Source: the human T2T-CHM13v2.0 reference genome, Homo sapiens. From it: a DNA stretch of 64,000 nucleotides. The position numbers were made by a program, and so were the translations under genes. The notes below the pieces were generated by a model. The model saw only the letters and a list, made by a program, of their open reading frames with translations. It was not told where the DNA came from and did no database searches. The stretch is taken from the NCBI RefSeq assembly GCF_009914755.1, contig NC_060925.1; one strand, written 5' to 3'. Shown here one piece after another: positions 1 through 21,052 of this stretch (within the stretch, counting starts at the first letter, position 1; each line of letters opens with the position of its first letter).

Positions 1-59
1 CAAGATTGCGCCATTGCACTCCAGCCTGGCGACAGAGCGAGACTCTGTCTCAAAAAAAA
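1..59 (+). mobile_element. Alu 3' end (truncated by the window)
   Basis: ccattgcactccagcctgg...gtctcaaaaaaaa. Confidence 0.9.
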
Positions 60-426
60 GTGAACTTTTACGGAATACCCATTGTGTGCCAGGAACTTTA
101 CATACTATGTAGTTTACATATTCCCCAACCAATGAAATAAGAATTATTGTCACCACCATTATACATATGAGGGGATATTCAGTGACTTGCCCAAAGACCA
201 TGCCACTAAGGAGCAAGCACAAATACGTTATGTATTTGAAGTCCATGCTCTTTCCATGGCAACACACTCTAGATGCTTCCTAGGGTTAGAAGGGATCTGC
301 ACCAGCATCATCCTCATTCTGTCCACAAGTTACATCAAAGTCCAACCCAGGCGGGTCATGCAATCAAAAAGATATCTTGGTAGTAAGGATCCTCTGAGAT
401 CTTCAGATTCAACTCTTTGAGCAACT

Positions 427-726
427 TTTTTTTTTTTTTTTTTGAGACAGAGCTTTGCTCTTATTGCCCAGACTGGAGTACAATTGTGCAATCTCGGCTC
501 ACCGCAACCTCCGCCTCCTGGGTTCAAGTGATTCTCCTGCCTCAGCCTCCTGAGTTAGCTAGGATTACAGGCATGTGCCACCTCACCCGGCTAATTTTGT
601 ATTTTTAATAGAGACGGGGTTTCTCCATGTTGGTCAGGCTGGTCTCGAACTCCCAACCTCAGGTGATCTGCCTGCCTTGGCCTCCCAAACTGCTGGGATT
701 ACCCACGTGAGCTGCCGCGCCTGTCC
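427..726 (-). mobile_element. Alu (S family)
   Basis: Full dimer; TSD tgagcaac. Confidence 0.92.
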
Positions 727-869
727 TGAGCAACGTATTTTAAAGTAGACACAGAAATCCCTATCAAAACTGGCACAGCAAACAAAGGGAATGTATTGGT
801 TAAAGTAATAATTGGTTGATTGATGAAATACTCAAGGAATACTTCAGCTTCAGAAATGTCTTCATTAGG

Positions 870-1222
870 AACGAATTTCTCACTCTATCATTGGATGTCT
901 TTCTTCTGTGCTGGCTCCATTCGCAGTCCATTAGAAAGAGAATTCTCGCAGCTGAGTTCTAACTCAATCTTTGCCACATTCAAACACAAGTCTTGGGTCT
1001 GATTCTCATTGGTCTAAATTGGGTCACCTGCTCATCACTGAACCAATCACTTTGGCCAATTAGGGCCTACCCTTGAAGCTGAAGATTGTCAACCTCTCTC
1101 ACACCTGATGAGATTTAACAGCAGGGAGGGGTTATTCTCCAAATACAATTTGGGGCATCTTTCTACTCAAAGAATGAATGATTGTGGTGGTTGGATGACA
1201 AAAACAGCAGATGTCTCCCACA
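870..1222. mobile_element. Old MaLR LTR fragment (MLT1J/K-like)
   Basis: The motif gattctcattggtctaaattgggtcacctgctcatcactgaaccaatcac is typical of old MLT1 LTRs. Degenerate. Confidence 0.45.
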
Positions 1223-2415
1223 CCTACATTCTAATCAAACTGAACTATTTTGTAGCGTCTGAGGCACATTCTCTACTTTCCTTCTGGCAGGCTGTTGGTC
1301 ACATTCTTCTCTTGATTAGTACACATTGTTCTCTTGGAACACTTGATCTCCCCCTTCCAATATTTCCCAAACAATCCTCTCTGGCCTTCACAATTTAAAT
1401 ACTATCTCCTTATTTCCAATGGATATAATCCCTTCTTTCTCTGAGTATGAACACCTCTCACAGTTCTCTTATCTTCCCATTATATTTTAGTTATTTATAT
1501 AAATATAAATAATCTTAAATTTTGAGTTAGATTCCTTATGTTAATGAAGAAGATGCTTATAATCTACAGAGGAAAGAATTATATTTAGAAATTTTAATCA
1601 ATGGCAAAGATGAATACCTTAGTGAGTTCCTTAAAATCTACATCAGTAGACTCCAAATGAATGAGAATTTACTATAACTAGAGACAGATTACATTTTAAC
1701 AGTAAAATTTATTTTCAGATTAACTGAAGTTAAGCACCACATTTCCATTGCAACCCTTAATGAAATATTTGACACTGGGCGATCTTTAATGCTGTAAGAT
1801 ATCTCAGTGTCTAAAAGTGAATCATTCTGGAAATGGGTATTCCTCCTTGAGTGAGTGCAATAGGTAAATTCCTCAGTTATTTGTCTTTCCCTCATGGGAC
1901 TGTAAAATCCTTCACACATATGCTGGACTTATATCACTACAGCCAAACACAGTGCTTAGAATATTTCAGGCACTCCATAAATGTTTGTTAAATGAAGGAA
2001 TGAAGGAATAAAAGCAACAATGATTGAGAAAAGTATGTGTTTATGTGTTTATCCTTTTAGATGTTTTGAAAAACAATCTCCAGATGTCAGTTTATTTTGC
2101 TGTCTTTTGCCCGCTCCTGCTGAAAAGGGAGCACTAAAATAATTTCCAATGAAGGGTTTTAGGTCATAGGTTGAAAGAATGCTAGTGCTAAAGGAAATAT
2201 CCACTGCCTACTGTTCCTGGCAGTTAGCAGACACTAAAGTGGTGTGAGAATGGATATAAAAGAAGGATAGGTGACTTTTACTATGCATAAAACCATAAAT
2301 CCTGAAGTCCTAACAGATTATACAGTCAAGGTTCTGATGGTCCACTTAAAATGGGTGGATGAGGAGTATTTAAGGAAGAAACTATTTACAAGGGTATAGA
2401 CAGAAATTGAGCACA

Positions 2416-2983
<568 letters not shown>

Positions 2984-3214
2984 TAGCCTACGATGGGAAG
3001 CCATAGTACAGGGAAGCTGTTGATGCGGAGTCCATACAGGTCAGCCACCCAAGGCACAGAACAGGATGGAGAAAAGGGAGGATGGGTTTTGCAAGAGCAA
3101 GCAAAGAATATTGACAGAGATCTTGAAGATCTTCTAGTCTCATGGTTAAAAAAATTTTTTTTTTGCAGGCACCTTTATTTTTTATATATTAGACATAAGA
3201 AGAAGCCCAGTAGA

Positions 3215-3492
3215 AGCCAAGCATGGTGGCTCACACCAGTAATCCCAGCACTTTGGGAGGCCGAGGCGGGTGGATCATGAGGTCAGGAGATCGAGACCAT
3301 CCTGGCTAACATGGTGAAACCCCGTCTCTACTAAAAATACAAAAATTATTAGCTGGGCATAGTGGCGGGCACCTGTAGTCTCAGCTACTCGGGAGGCTGA
3401 GGCAGGAGAATGTCATGAACCCGGGAGGAGGAGCTTGCAGTGAGCCGAGATTGCACCACTGCACAACTGAGCAAGACTCCGTCTCAAAAAAA
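3215..3492 (+). mobile_element. Alu (Y-like)
   Basis: Dimer; TSD agaagaagcccagtaga. Confidence 0.92.
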
Positions 3493-3547
3493 AGAGAAGA
3501 AGCCCAGTAGAAAGCAATAGCAATGATATGATAAAATAAATGTGAAA

Positions 3548-3909
<362 letters not shown>

Positions 3910-3954
3910 CTACAGCAGTTGCTACACTCTATAGAGCATAGTTTGAAAATCACT

Positions 3955-4395
3955 CCAGATTAATCTGTTCATTTTACAGATGAGGAAACTGATACTGCAT
4001 AAATTGAGTAAATAACTTGTTAAAAGTCATCCAATAAGTTAGTGACAGAGCTGTTCACTGGAACTCAGGCCTCCTGGTCCCCAGTTCCGTGCTCATGCAT
4101 TATTCAGATGGTGAGAGTGTGGCGGGACATTCTCAGAAATGTGAGGCTCTACTAGGTTGGAGAGGCAAGACAGCATTGCTCAAGTTTGGAGTTAGGCAGA
4201 ACTAGCTTCCAATCCTGACTCTGGGACCTTTAGGGCAAGTTTTTATTAAACTCATTCTTAGTTACCTCATTAGTAAAATGGAAATAAAAATGCCCAGTTT
4301 TTAGAGTTGTTGGGAGGATAAACAAGATAATGTTTATTAAGTGCTTAGCATAGTGTCTGGCACTGAACATCATCAAAAACTGGTCATTGTTATTA
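3955..4395. mobile_element. MIR fragments
   Basis: The MIR core ttttacagatgaggaaactga and the opposite-orientation ctcattagtaaaatggaaataa...gtgcttagcatagtgtctggcac. Confidence 0.65.
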
Positions 4396-4499
4396 ATAGT
4401 AACTGATTTAAGGGTCTGAAATCACACAAAGATCTCACTGATATGCTTTAAGAAATGTCCAAGATCAGAATGTGACCAACCAAGAAGTGGAGGGAAAGT

Positions 4500-5240
4500 T
4501 TTTATAATGGGCATTTGTTGTTTTGGCTTGCTAACATCCTTCCCCTTGGAGAACCTCTCCCTGATACTCAGTCCATGTGACTTGGCTTGGCTGACCCAAC
4601 CCTAGCACCAGGGAAGGCATTGTGACGTAGGCCAAGCCAATCAGTGTGACTCCATTCTCCTTGCCACAAGACATCAAATCAAAGATAGGTACCTCACTGA
4701 AGTTGTCAGTTTAGAGTAAATGCAAGGACTTTTGCAAGAGTTACCAGAAAAGAACTGGTCTTTTTCACCTGGGATTGTTCGCAGAAAGGAATATCAACAT
4801 GGGGCTGCTGTGGACCATGTAAAGCCTGAAAGTGAAGCCATCTCAAAGAAAGATCACAGCCAAGAGATGGCCAGAGAATACTGATGACATCATCTGAGCC
4901 CCTTGACCAGCAGCTGGCAAACTTTTTCTGAAAAGAGCCAGCCAGTAAATATTTTAGGTTTTGTCAGCTATGAGGGCTCTCTTGCAAGGACTCAGCCCTA
5001 CCTTTGTAGCTTCAAAGCAGCCTTAGATAATATGTTTTTTAAAAAAAATGAGCATGGCTGTGTGCCAACAGCACTTTATTTACAAAATCAGGCAATGGGC
5101 TGTTGTTTGCCAATTCCTGTCCCAGGCCATGCCCAAAGCCAGAAAACTCTGGGACTTTTCAGTTAGGTTTGCTATTAAATTTCATTTTTAGCTTGGGTTG
5201 GTTTGAGTTAGATTTATATCATTACATTGGAAAGAGTACT
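4500..5240. mobile_element. MLT1-type LTR interrupted by a MER58A-like hAT DNA transposon (about 4910-5120)
   Basis: An MLT1 motif (ggccaagccaatcag) plus the MER58-like cagctggcaaactttttctg...gtttgccaattcctg. Confidence 0.6.
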
Positions 5241-5346
5241 GATGCAAGCCTCCATTTGATAAAATATGGCCTTAACTAGTCCAGTATGTCATAGATTGAC
5301 TAATGGTTGAGAAATTAGTAATTCCTGTCATCAAATAAAAATTCTG

Positions 5347-5647
5347 GGCTGGGCGCGGTGGCTGTCGCCTGTAATCCCAGCACTTTGGGAGGCTGAGGTG
5401 GGTGGATAACTTCAGGTCAGGAGTTCAAGACCAGTCTGGCCAACATGGTGAAACCCTGTCTCTACTAAAAATATAAAAATTACCCGGGTATGGTGGCGCA
5501 TGCCTGTAGTCCCAGCTACTCGGGAGGCTGAGTCAGGAGAATCACTTGAACCCAGGAGTTAGAGGTTGCAGTGAGCTGAGATTGAACCATTGCACTCCAG
5601 CCCGGGCAACAAGAGCGAAACTCTGTCTCAAAAAATAAAAAAAAAAT
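5347..5647 (+). mobile_element. Alu (S family)
   Basis: Full dimer. Confidence 0.92.
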
Positions 5648-6523
5648 CCTGGTGGAGGGGGAAGCCCCCCCTTTTCCCCTAAGTCCATTCTGCAATTGCT
5701 AGTTATTTGGGGTCATACGTTGCTGCCACAAAAGTTGAAGTTTAACTGGCATTTATCTCCTTCTTGCAACAAAGGAAAAACAAGTACCTCCGTAAGTCTT
5801 TGCCTTAGAGCAAGCAGTTCAATAAGAGACCAAAATACTCATTTGAATCTCTGCAGGACAAAATGATCCCAGAGGCTGTCATCCTCAAATATTTAAGAAC
5901 CCCGTAGAAGAGTTCTTATTTAATTCATGTAAAAACAGGGCAAGGGTGTGTTGTGTGGAAGGGAAGGATGGGCTCTTTAGGAAAGACAGGCCCAAATGTT
6001 CCTGTCAAGGGAATTTATCACCCTTATTAGGAAATGACTTTGCTATATGGGAGATCTCATGTTCCTTGGATCAGGGCTGCTTGTTCTATTCTTTCTGACT
6101 AATTTCTTGCAGTTACTCAGACTTTCCTGGAATAAAGCTGATTTATTTGAAAGCTGAACACTGCAATCCTGATCTTTAAAACATGTGTGGAGCTTCTGCT
6201 GGAAAGGTGTTAGATATTATATCTAAGTGTCTAATTATAAGGAATTTCGGTATCCACTGAGCAACCATAGGTGCTAGGAGCAGCAAAGATCCTAACAGTC
6301 AACAGCATCTTTACCTGAATATTGAAAGAATATCGCCAATGTGGGATATAATCATAGGCTAAATTCTATAACACAAACTTGAAATGCCATCCCCATTAAA
6401 AGAGTAGATTAGTGTGGGTTAGAGAATTTGAGGAGGGCCTCAGAAGGACATTCCAGGTAGAGAGAATTATTAGGACAAAGACCCAGAACTGTGAATGAGG
6501 ATTTCATTTAATTTAACAAATAT

Positions 6524-6680
6524 TGGCCAGCCACGGTAGCTCATGCCTGTAATTCCAGCACTTTGGGAGGCCGAGGCAGGATTGCTTGAGCCCAGAAGTT
6601 CAAAACCAGCCTGGGCAAATAGCGAGACCCTGTCTCTAATATTTAAAAGAAAAATAATTAGGAATTTAAAAAATAAAAAT
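6524..6680 (+). mobile_element. FLAM or Alu left monomer
   Basis: Single arm with A-rich tail. Confidence 0.8.
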
Positions 6681-6723
6681 TGTATAAACAAGTTTTAAAT
6701 TTAAAAAAAATTTAACAAGTATT

Positions 6724-7461
<738 letters not shown>

Positions 7462-7751
7462 TCAGAGGAGGAGATGGAATATATTTGTGTTAAGTGTTAA
7501 AGGCTAGTTGGAGGGAAAGGGCAGGCCAGTGAATTGGGGGAGGATGGATATGACGCGACTGCTTCCAGGGAGCACTTGATGGGAATGCATGGTATTTTTA
7601 TCTGTGGTATACAGGGGAGCTTGAGGTAGGGGCAAGTGGAGGAATGGAGACCAACATGAGTGTGGGAGTGTGGCAGGAAAGCCTGAACTCAGGCCTTGTG
7701 CTTCCTTCTGTGTCTGTTTTCATCTGGTACTCCTACAACCTGAGTCCTCTT

Positions 7752-9037
<1,286 letters not shown>

Positions 9038-9656
9038 TTAGTCTTTGCTCCAAGAGAAATTCCTCTGGTGTCTTCATAACAGCTTTTGCAAACATGAAAA
9101 GTACTGTGTGAGGTTGTGCATCATTTCGAGAACGTTCTCAAGCAAATACTTTCTGATTTTTTTTATGTTGTTTACTCTGTGCAAGAAAAAGCACCTTCAG
9201 ATGTTGTGTTTTCATGCAGATTCTTTATTAAATCAAATTTTCTCATAGGAAAGTTGAACTTTAGTGAGAAAAGATGTTAAATAAATACATATTGCTGGTT
9301 GCTAAACCTAAGAAAATAATCTTTCAGCATTGCACCGGCAGAGCATAAAGAAATAAGATTTCTGGATGAAGAAGGTGAGTTCTTCCCTTCTTATAAGCCA
9401 TGGTGATCACTTATGAACTCTGCATAAATGTCAGATATAACAGTGTAAGTAAACTCTTGGTGGGTATCACAGATGGGAAAGAACCTCAGAATGCAGGAAG
9501 GTGACACTTCTAAGTTAGAAAAACAGAAGGCCCTTTGGAAAACTTTTAAGATAAAAATGATATCACTAAGAGTAAAATGTTTGCATCGTATTTAGAAACA
9601 AATGTATAAGTGAACTTCTGGGGTAGCCTGTTTTACATATTAAAAGTAAGTCATGC

Positions 9657-9959
<303 letters not shown>

Positions 9960-10446
9960 TCATGTTGGGTGACTTAGGACCCTGAACTCGAATTCAGGAA
10001 GGATTACTGATGTATTCTGCAGAGGTTAAGTGGTACACAAAACACCCTATAAATGGGTCCTGTCCTTAGAGTCTTGGACAAGAAGACCTGGTTTCTGAGA
10101 ACAGCTCTGTTATTAAAAAGACATACGGCTTAGTCTATAAAGTTTTTTGGCCACGATGGTATTTAAAAAGCTTTCAGTTGTAGGTGCCTTCATATGGGGT
10201 ATGCATCTTCTCTTTGCCAGAGTCCCCACGCTACCTATTAATTATATCTGACTTTCATTTTACCTACCTGGCCTAGTCCCTGCTACCATTTGAATTTCTG
10301 ACACTTGACAGGAGGAGGGACAATGACATTAACCCTGGGACAACTGCAGCATTCCGGGGGTAGGTACAGGAGTAAGAAGTAATCAGTGAAGAAAGATAGA
10401 AGGTCACTAGGAAAAAAATGCTGTTTTGGAAACAAAAGGTCTTTCA

Positions 10447-10808
<362 letters not shown>

Positions 10809-11909
10809 GAAAGTTCAAATAGAATAAGAACAAAGCGTTGGCAATTAGGAGATTACTGGTAGTGAAGGAAAGTTTCAGTGGTACAGTTGGGACAAAAACC
10901 AGATTGAAATCATGTTAAGCAATGTGAGAGGTTCAAATACGACTAATAACTAGTGTAACTTTGACTATAAAGTCATGATTCAGACTTGGAATCCAGCCCT
11001 CCCACTGATATGTAGCAATCATCACCAAGCTAATGCATTTCCAGAAAAAATAAACTTTCAGTGATGAATCTTAGCTACATTATCATACTGACTCAGGTTG
11101 ATAGAAGGATCTTAATGGGGTCACTGGGGAATATAAATGAGATGCCAAGTAGAAAACATGTTAATTTCTTGGCACAAGGAAGCCCGAGGTGTTCTGGAAG
11201 CCACTAATGCATTTTACATGATTGCTTAATTTCAGGAAATCCTGACTCACTGCCTCTATAGGGTAAGAAGCAAAGGCTGGTCTCAATTTACAATCCTACA
11301 AACCAGCTTTGAGTAGAGCTTAGATTATTCCTGGCATCAATATGTCTGGTCAGTGCCTATTTTAATTTGAAAATGTTTTGGTATATGTATATTCTATTTT
11401 CTTTGAGAAAAAGCAGGCTTCATTTGGAATGTTCTGAAAACCATTGTGACTAAATAGGTAAGGTAACACCTCCTCACTTAACTTTTGAATGGACATGGAG
11501 TGGCGTCATCATATCTACAGTCAGACCACTGAGCCATTGAAAAATGGTCCAGGTGAAGCTTGAATAAAGAAAAATAAGACGAAAGTTAGAACTAGCTTGC
11601 TAGCATTGGGTAATGAAAGAAGCAGAATGATACTCATAATGTCACTGAAAATGCACCCATTTTATTATTTAATGTTCCCGATAATGCGTTCATAGTAGTT
11701 ATTATTAACCCTACTTCATATAGGCGAATAACATGAAAAGGAATAATTAGACAATTTAGCTAAAGTCACACGGTAAACCAGTGAAGATCCAGGGTTAGAA
11801 TTCAAATAGGATCAGTGTCACTCCAGATTTGTCCTCCATCTACTCCCTCTCCTACCTTCCTCAGCAACAATTCCAAACCTTCCTTACAAGCCCATCACGC
11901 AACACTTAG

Positions 11910-12386
<477 letters not shown>

Positions 12387-12602
12387 TCCTACACACTTTT
12401 ATTTCCCCTTCTTAACTGGTATCTTCCCCTCAGCTTATCAATATCTTGAGTTTTTCCCAGGTTAAAAAGCTCTTCCTTTGATTGTCAAAGCCAATCTAGC
12501 TGTTCCCTGTCTTATTCAAATTTCTCCAGTTGTTTCTACTTCCCACCTCCCCATTTCTCTTCAATTCACTTATCTCCCCACTACCCTGAAATCTGGTTTC
12601 TT

Positions 12603-13320
<718 letters not shown>

Positions 13321-14228
13321 CAGTTTGAAAGAGTTCTTACTAAGGTCACCAATGACCTTCCAATTGTAAAAATCTAATGAACCTATTTTCAGTCCTTATT
13401 CTACTGGAATTTTCTTCTGTATATGACATAAAAGACCAATGTATTGGTGTCCCTGATACTCTTTTGGGCTTCTTCATAGCCTTTTATTTGTTTCCTTTCT
13501 TTTCCACGGGTTCTTCTTTCCTTCTCAGACATTGACGTTCTCCTGGATCCAGTGCTACACCACTGCTCTTTTCATTACATTCTTCTCTAGGATGATCTCA
13601 TCCTTTCTTATGGTTTTAATATAGCAGACTCAGAAATTGGAAGGGAGGCTCTAAAATTAGTGTGTAAGGCAAAAATATTGCATGTAAATTTACCCTTGAA
13701 AATTCCTTAGCAAAGTACTTAGAATTAGACATAGTACAACAAAGTGGCTTACCTGTTAGTGATGTGAGGAACTGAGATGAAATGAGGGAAGAGACTCTCA
13801 TTTTCCATTGCAAACTCACTTTGGTGCATATGCTGAGTGGGGAAATTATTCTGTTTAGTTTGTTTTTCTCTCTCTCCATTTTGCCGTCTGTGTTTGATTG
13901 AATTTGCACAGGTTAAATGTACATGTGATGATGTACATTGTACTGGCATACTTGCTTATCCTAAACCTCTCTCTCTCAGATCTTTCTTCTGAGCTTCAGA
14001 CACATACAGCAACTTCTACCTGAACGTCTCCCCTTGGAAATCTCAGACTTCTTAAGCTCAAACTCAAAAAAGATGCCTTCATTTTTCCCTTAATGGCCCT
14101 TTGTTCTGAATTCTCAGTGTGAGCATCCATGAGTCAGTTAAGTCATCCATGATGTTTCCCTTTTCCTCTTCATCGAAAAAAAGAGGTTGCAAATGGATCT
14201 GTGGGCCATCGTGTTTGGCTTCCATTGA

Positions 14229-14678
<450 letters not shown>

Positions 14679-15036
14679 TGCAGCTGTCTTCTTTAGATGG
14701 GGGCATGCCCTGTACATCTGTCACTACTTACAGTCTTTTCTTGAGTCTCTGCACTTGTTTATGTTACCTGACTAGCTCCTATAGGCATTTTAATTTAGAA
14801 CTCCCAATATACTTTCATATTTATCTTCTCCTTTCAGTCCTTACTAATATCCTGCCCCATCTCCATCATTGCTTTCTTGGGCTACTGAAATAGCCTCCAA
14901 ACTGGTCCTTCTTCCAGTTCATCTGCAGCAAAATCCATTTAAAATACATGTCTGATCATGCCACAACACCACACACTTGCTTGGGAGCCTTTAGTATCTC
15001 TCTTCCTACAGTGGTGTTTTTCAAAGTACCGTCTAA

Positions 15037-15348
<312 letters not shown>

Positions 15349-16190
15349 GGTCTAAGGACTTTCTATATCGCAATTACCTATGGTGCTTGGACAAATGCAG
15401 ATTACTGTGTCCAACCCAGACTTACTGAACTAGAAGCTCTGGGATTAGGGCCTTAGATTCTGTACTTTTTAGTAATTTTCGTAGGGAATACTGATATACT
15501 CTAAACTTTGAGACCCACTGATCTATAGAGTAAAGCCCAAGCTTCTTAATATGCATTGATGAGTTCCTGAGAATTCCTTGTTAAATTTAAGCCATAGTTT
15601 AAACATATTAAATTTTGTCTTGTAAAGAAAATATGTGATGTGTTACTCTATAAAGAATCCCTTAAAAATGTAGTTCTTTTAACATTTTTTAGAAAGTGCA
15701 AGTGATATGATCTTTATGTGGGACAGACTCTAATACCAACAGCTGATAATTCATAGCAGTGGAAGAAGGGTACATTGAGAAGGTCAAAATCCGAATAAAT
15801 TTTTAACTCATACTTGTAGAAATCTTAGAGGGCTTCCCCTGGACAAGAGCTCACAGCTCCAATGTGCTCTATGAGAAAAATCAACAAAATGCCAAATATT
15901 AAAAAGAAAGCACAGAGGGTCAACCTTTACAGATGACTGGCACTATGAAGTGTAAGATGTAGAGGCAAATTTATATCCTATTCCAGGACAAGGCACAGGG
16001 AGGGAAGAAATAAAAGTCAATCACCAATGGAAAAAACGACACGGAATTAAAAGAATCCCCAAATGTTGGTACTCTTTTCTCCTACTCATGGCTACTTACC
16101 GCCAAGTACCATAGTTCTAGGCACAGTCATATCACAATGGAAACCTGAAGATGCCACTTGCTTTGCTCTTGGTAGTGATCTATTGAAAAT

Positions 16191-16308
16191 GAACCCAGGA
16201 GGCGGAGGTTGTAGTGAGCCGAGAACTCACCATTGCACTCCAGCCTGGGCAACAAGAGCAAAACTCCGTCTCAAAACAAAAAAACAAAAACAAAAACAAA
16301 CAAACAAC
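16191..16308 (+). mobile_element. 5'-truncated Alu right-arm fragment
   Basis: gaacccaggaggcggaggttg...ctccgtctc plus tail. Confidence 0.85.
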
Positions 16309-16877
16309 TGAGAACAAATCCTTTAGCATTCTCAAATACACCCACTTAAGAACTGAGGTGTTAGATTATGTTTTTTTTTCCTAGTTTACAAGTAACTAAG
16401 TAATGTCAGACAGGATAAAATACCTGGCTACATTGAGGACAAATGACATCCATCACTTCCTCCCGTTCCAACAGACAAATAACTCTGTTGAAAAAAATTA
16501 CATTAATTTGACAAGAGATATTTCTTCCAGAGCTATGCTGGTTTATTACTTGATAACTTTTCCACTTCTGTTTGCAAATCAATTACAAAACATATTTTCC
16601 CCACTCTTGTTCTGCCTTTCAGAAACTTCTGAACCAGTCAACATCACTGTTTATACTCAAAAGATACAGGTTTTTTTTCATCTGTTAAGTCTTTTCTTGT
16701 AAACAATGTTGAGTGACTCATTTAATCAGCTTTGAGGGTATATACTATGTACAGCTAAATGTAAACATAATCCCATACATTACTGCAAATGAGGAAACCA
16801 TCACCATGTTGGCAATGGCACTTTGGCTAGGTGGAGGAGGAGACTGTCAAAATTTTGTCCAGTATCACAGACTGATT

Positions 16878-17624
16878 GTGTTAGTCCATTCTCGAGTTGC
16901 TACAAAGAAGTACCTGAGACTGGGTAATTTATAAAGAAGTTTAATTGGCTCATGGTTCTGCAGGCTGTACAGGAAGCATGATTCTGGCATCTGCTTGGCT
17001 TCCGGGCAGGCTTTCAGAAACTTATAATCATGGTGGAAGATGAAGCAGGAGGGGGCACTTCGAATGGCCAGGAGCAGGAGGAAAGGAGAGACGGGGGAGA
17101 TGCTACATGCATTTTTTTTTTCTTGAGCCAGGGTCTTTGCTCTGTTGCCCAGGCTGGAGTGGAAGTGGTGCAGTCTCGGTTCACTGCAGCCTTGACATCT
17201 GGGCTCAAGTGATCCTTTTATCTGAGCCTCCAGAGTAGCTGGGACCACAGTCTTGCACCACAACATCCGGCTATTTTTTTGTATTTTTGGTAGAGATGAG
17301 GCTTTGCCGTGTTGTCCAGGCTGGTCTCGAACTCCTGGACTCAGGCAATCCACCTGCTGCTGCCTCCCAAAATGCTGGGATTACGGGCGTGTGCCACCAT
17401 GCCCGGCTGCTGTGTACTTTTAAACAACCAGATCTCATGATAACTCACTCAGTATCGTGATAATAGCACCAAGGGGATGGTGCTAAACCATTCATGAGAA
17501 TTCGTCCCCATGATCTAATCACCTCCCATCACGCCCCATCTCCAACATTGGGGATTACAATGGAACATGAGATTTGGGTGGGGACAAAGTCCCAAACCCT
17601 ATCACTGATAGCCTCTGAACATAG
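16878..17624 (-). mobile_element. MST-family MaLR LTR split by an AluJ
   Basis: tgtgttagtccattctc...cctgagactgggtaatttataaag...gagatttgggtggggacaaagtcccaaaccctatca. Confidence 0.8.
17112..17407 (-). mobile_element. AluJ-like, inside an MST LTR
   Basis: Diverged dimer. Confidence 0.88.
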
Positions 17625-17726
17625 GTTGTACACAGAGCCTCTGACAGTCTAGATTTACGTTGATTTTTTTCCTTGCAAATCTTTATAAGTTCAAGTTAAT
17701 CATTAACGCACAGAATATTACGAAAG

Positions 17727-18184
17727 GTGAGTTCGTGCTCTCTAGAGAAACAGAGCCAATAGAATCTGTCATTTCTTTCTGTATCTAAATATATTTTAAG
17801 ATTTTTTTTCTATTTTAAATAATTGGTTTATGCAATTGTGGGGATTGGGAAGTCTGAAATCTGTACTATAGTCCAGCAGGCCGGAAATGCAGTTAGGAGC
17901 TGATGCAGCAGCTTTGAGTCTGAAACCTCTAGGGAGGGCCAGCAAGCAGGAAGCTCAAGCAGGGTTTCTATGTTGTAGTCTTGAGGCAGAATTCTTTCTA
18001 CTTTGGGAAAGCTCAGTCTTTATTCTTAAGGTCTTCAACTGATTGGGTGAGGCCACCTACATTATAGTGGTAATCTGCTTTTATAAATGTTAATCATGTC
18101 TAAAAATTACCTTCACAGCAACATCTACACTAGTGTTTGACCAACAGTTGGGTACCATAGCCTAGCCATGGTAACACATCACAA
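17727..18184 (-). mobile_element. MLT2 (ERVL) LTR
   Basis: ctctagagaaacagagccaatag...ctagtgtttgaccaac...ccatagcctagcca. Confidence 0.7.
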
Positions 18185-18361
18185 GAGGGAATGTCAAACT
18201 ATTTAAAACAAATTACTGGACTCATGAATATGATGCTCATGTACACCACCTACAGATAAGGAGACCAGATATACAGAATTACTGACTTGTGTAGGGGGGT
18301 AGTGGGCAGGTGTCCTATACTAGTTCTACTTTAAGGTTGAGAAGGTCTTGTGTGAAGATAA

Positions 18362-18787
<426 letters not shown>

Positions 18788-19372
18788 TTAAATCATTGAT
18801 GTGCCTGACCAATGGATGTCACTCAGAATTTCTCAAACAGTCCTAAAAACAAGTCTGAAGTGAGAAAAATACCCCTTAAGGCAAAATAAACATATATTAA
18901 ATATATATAAAAATCACCCAAATGCATTGAGCCGTAGGTGAGTAGGTGTGGAAGTTTTCAAACACGGCTCTAAGATTTTTTTGACATCCCTACATTCGGT
19001 CTATGTCCCCTTCTCCTGAATCTGGCCTTTGGGACTGCTTGACCCATAGAAGATGGTAGAAATGTCACTGTGCCATTTCTGGGCCTAGGCCTCAAGAAAT
19101 TGGCAGTTTTCACTTTCTGCCTCTTAGGATGCTTACTTTCTTACTTTTGGAACCCAATCACCATGCTGTGAGGAAGCCCAAGCTGCTTAATGAAAAGGAA
19201 CTGACTGCCAGTGTCAGTGTCAGTGTCAGCTGTGTGAGTAATCCATCTTGGACAGGCATATGCTAGCCCCAGTTGAGCTACTCCAGCCAATACCTTGTAG
19301 ATCACAGATAAGGGCTCCTCACTGAGCCCTGCCCAAATTAGATTTGTAACGCAAATAGATAATTGCTTTTTA

Positions 19373-19661
19373 AATTTTTGAGACAGAGTCTCGTTGTGTC
19401 GCACAGTCTGGAGTGCAGTTGTGTACTCATGGCTCACTGCAGCCTCAACCTTCTGGGTTCAAGTGATCCTCCCACCTGAGCCTCCTGAGTAGCTGGGACT
19501 ACAGGCATGCAACAACACAACCAGCTAATTTTTTATTTTTTGTAGAGGAGGGGGTCTCACTATGTTGCCCAGGCTAGTCTTGAATTCCTGGGCTCAAGCA
19601 ATCCTCTCACCTTGGCCTCTCCCAAAGTGCTGGGATTACAGGTATGAGCCAATGCCCACCT
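19373..19661 (-). mobile_element. AluJ-like
   Basis: Diverged dimer. Confidence 0.88.
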
Positions 19662-19673
19662 GATGTTTTAAAC

Positions 19674-20583
<910 letters not shown>

Positions 20584-20740
20584 TAACTGGGCTCTGGGCT
20601 GTGCCTGTGCAGGGTAAAAGGTTGATAGAGTGGATAGGCAAGGAATAGAGCTGGACAAGATTTCATTCCACATGGAGAAGAACTGAATCCTATATTGTTG
20701 GGCTGAAATGAAGAGATATGGACTTAAAGAAGACAAGTTA

Positions 20741-21052
<312 letters not shown>

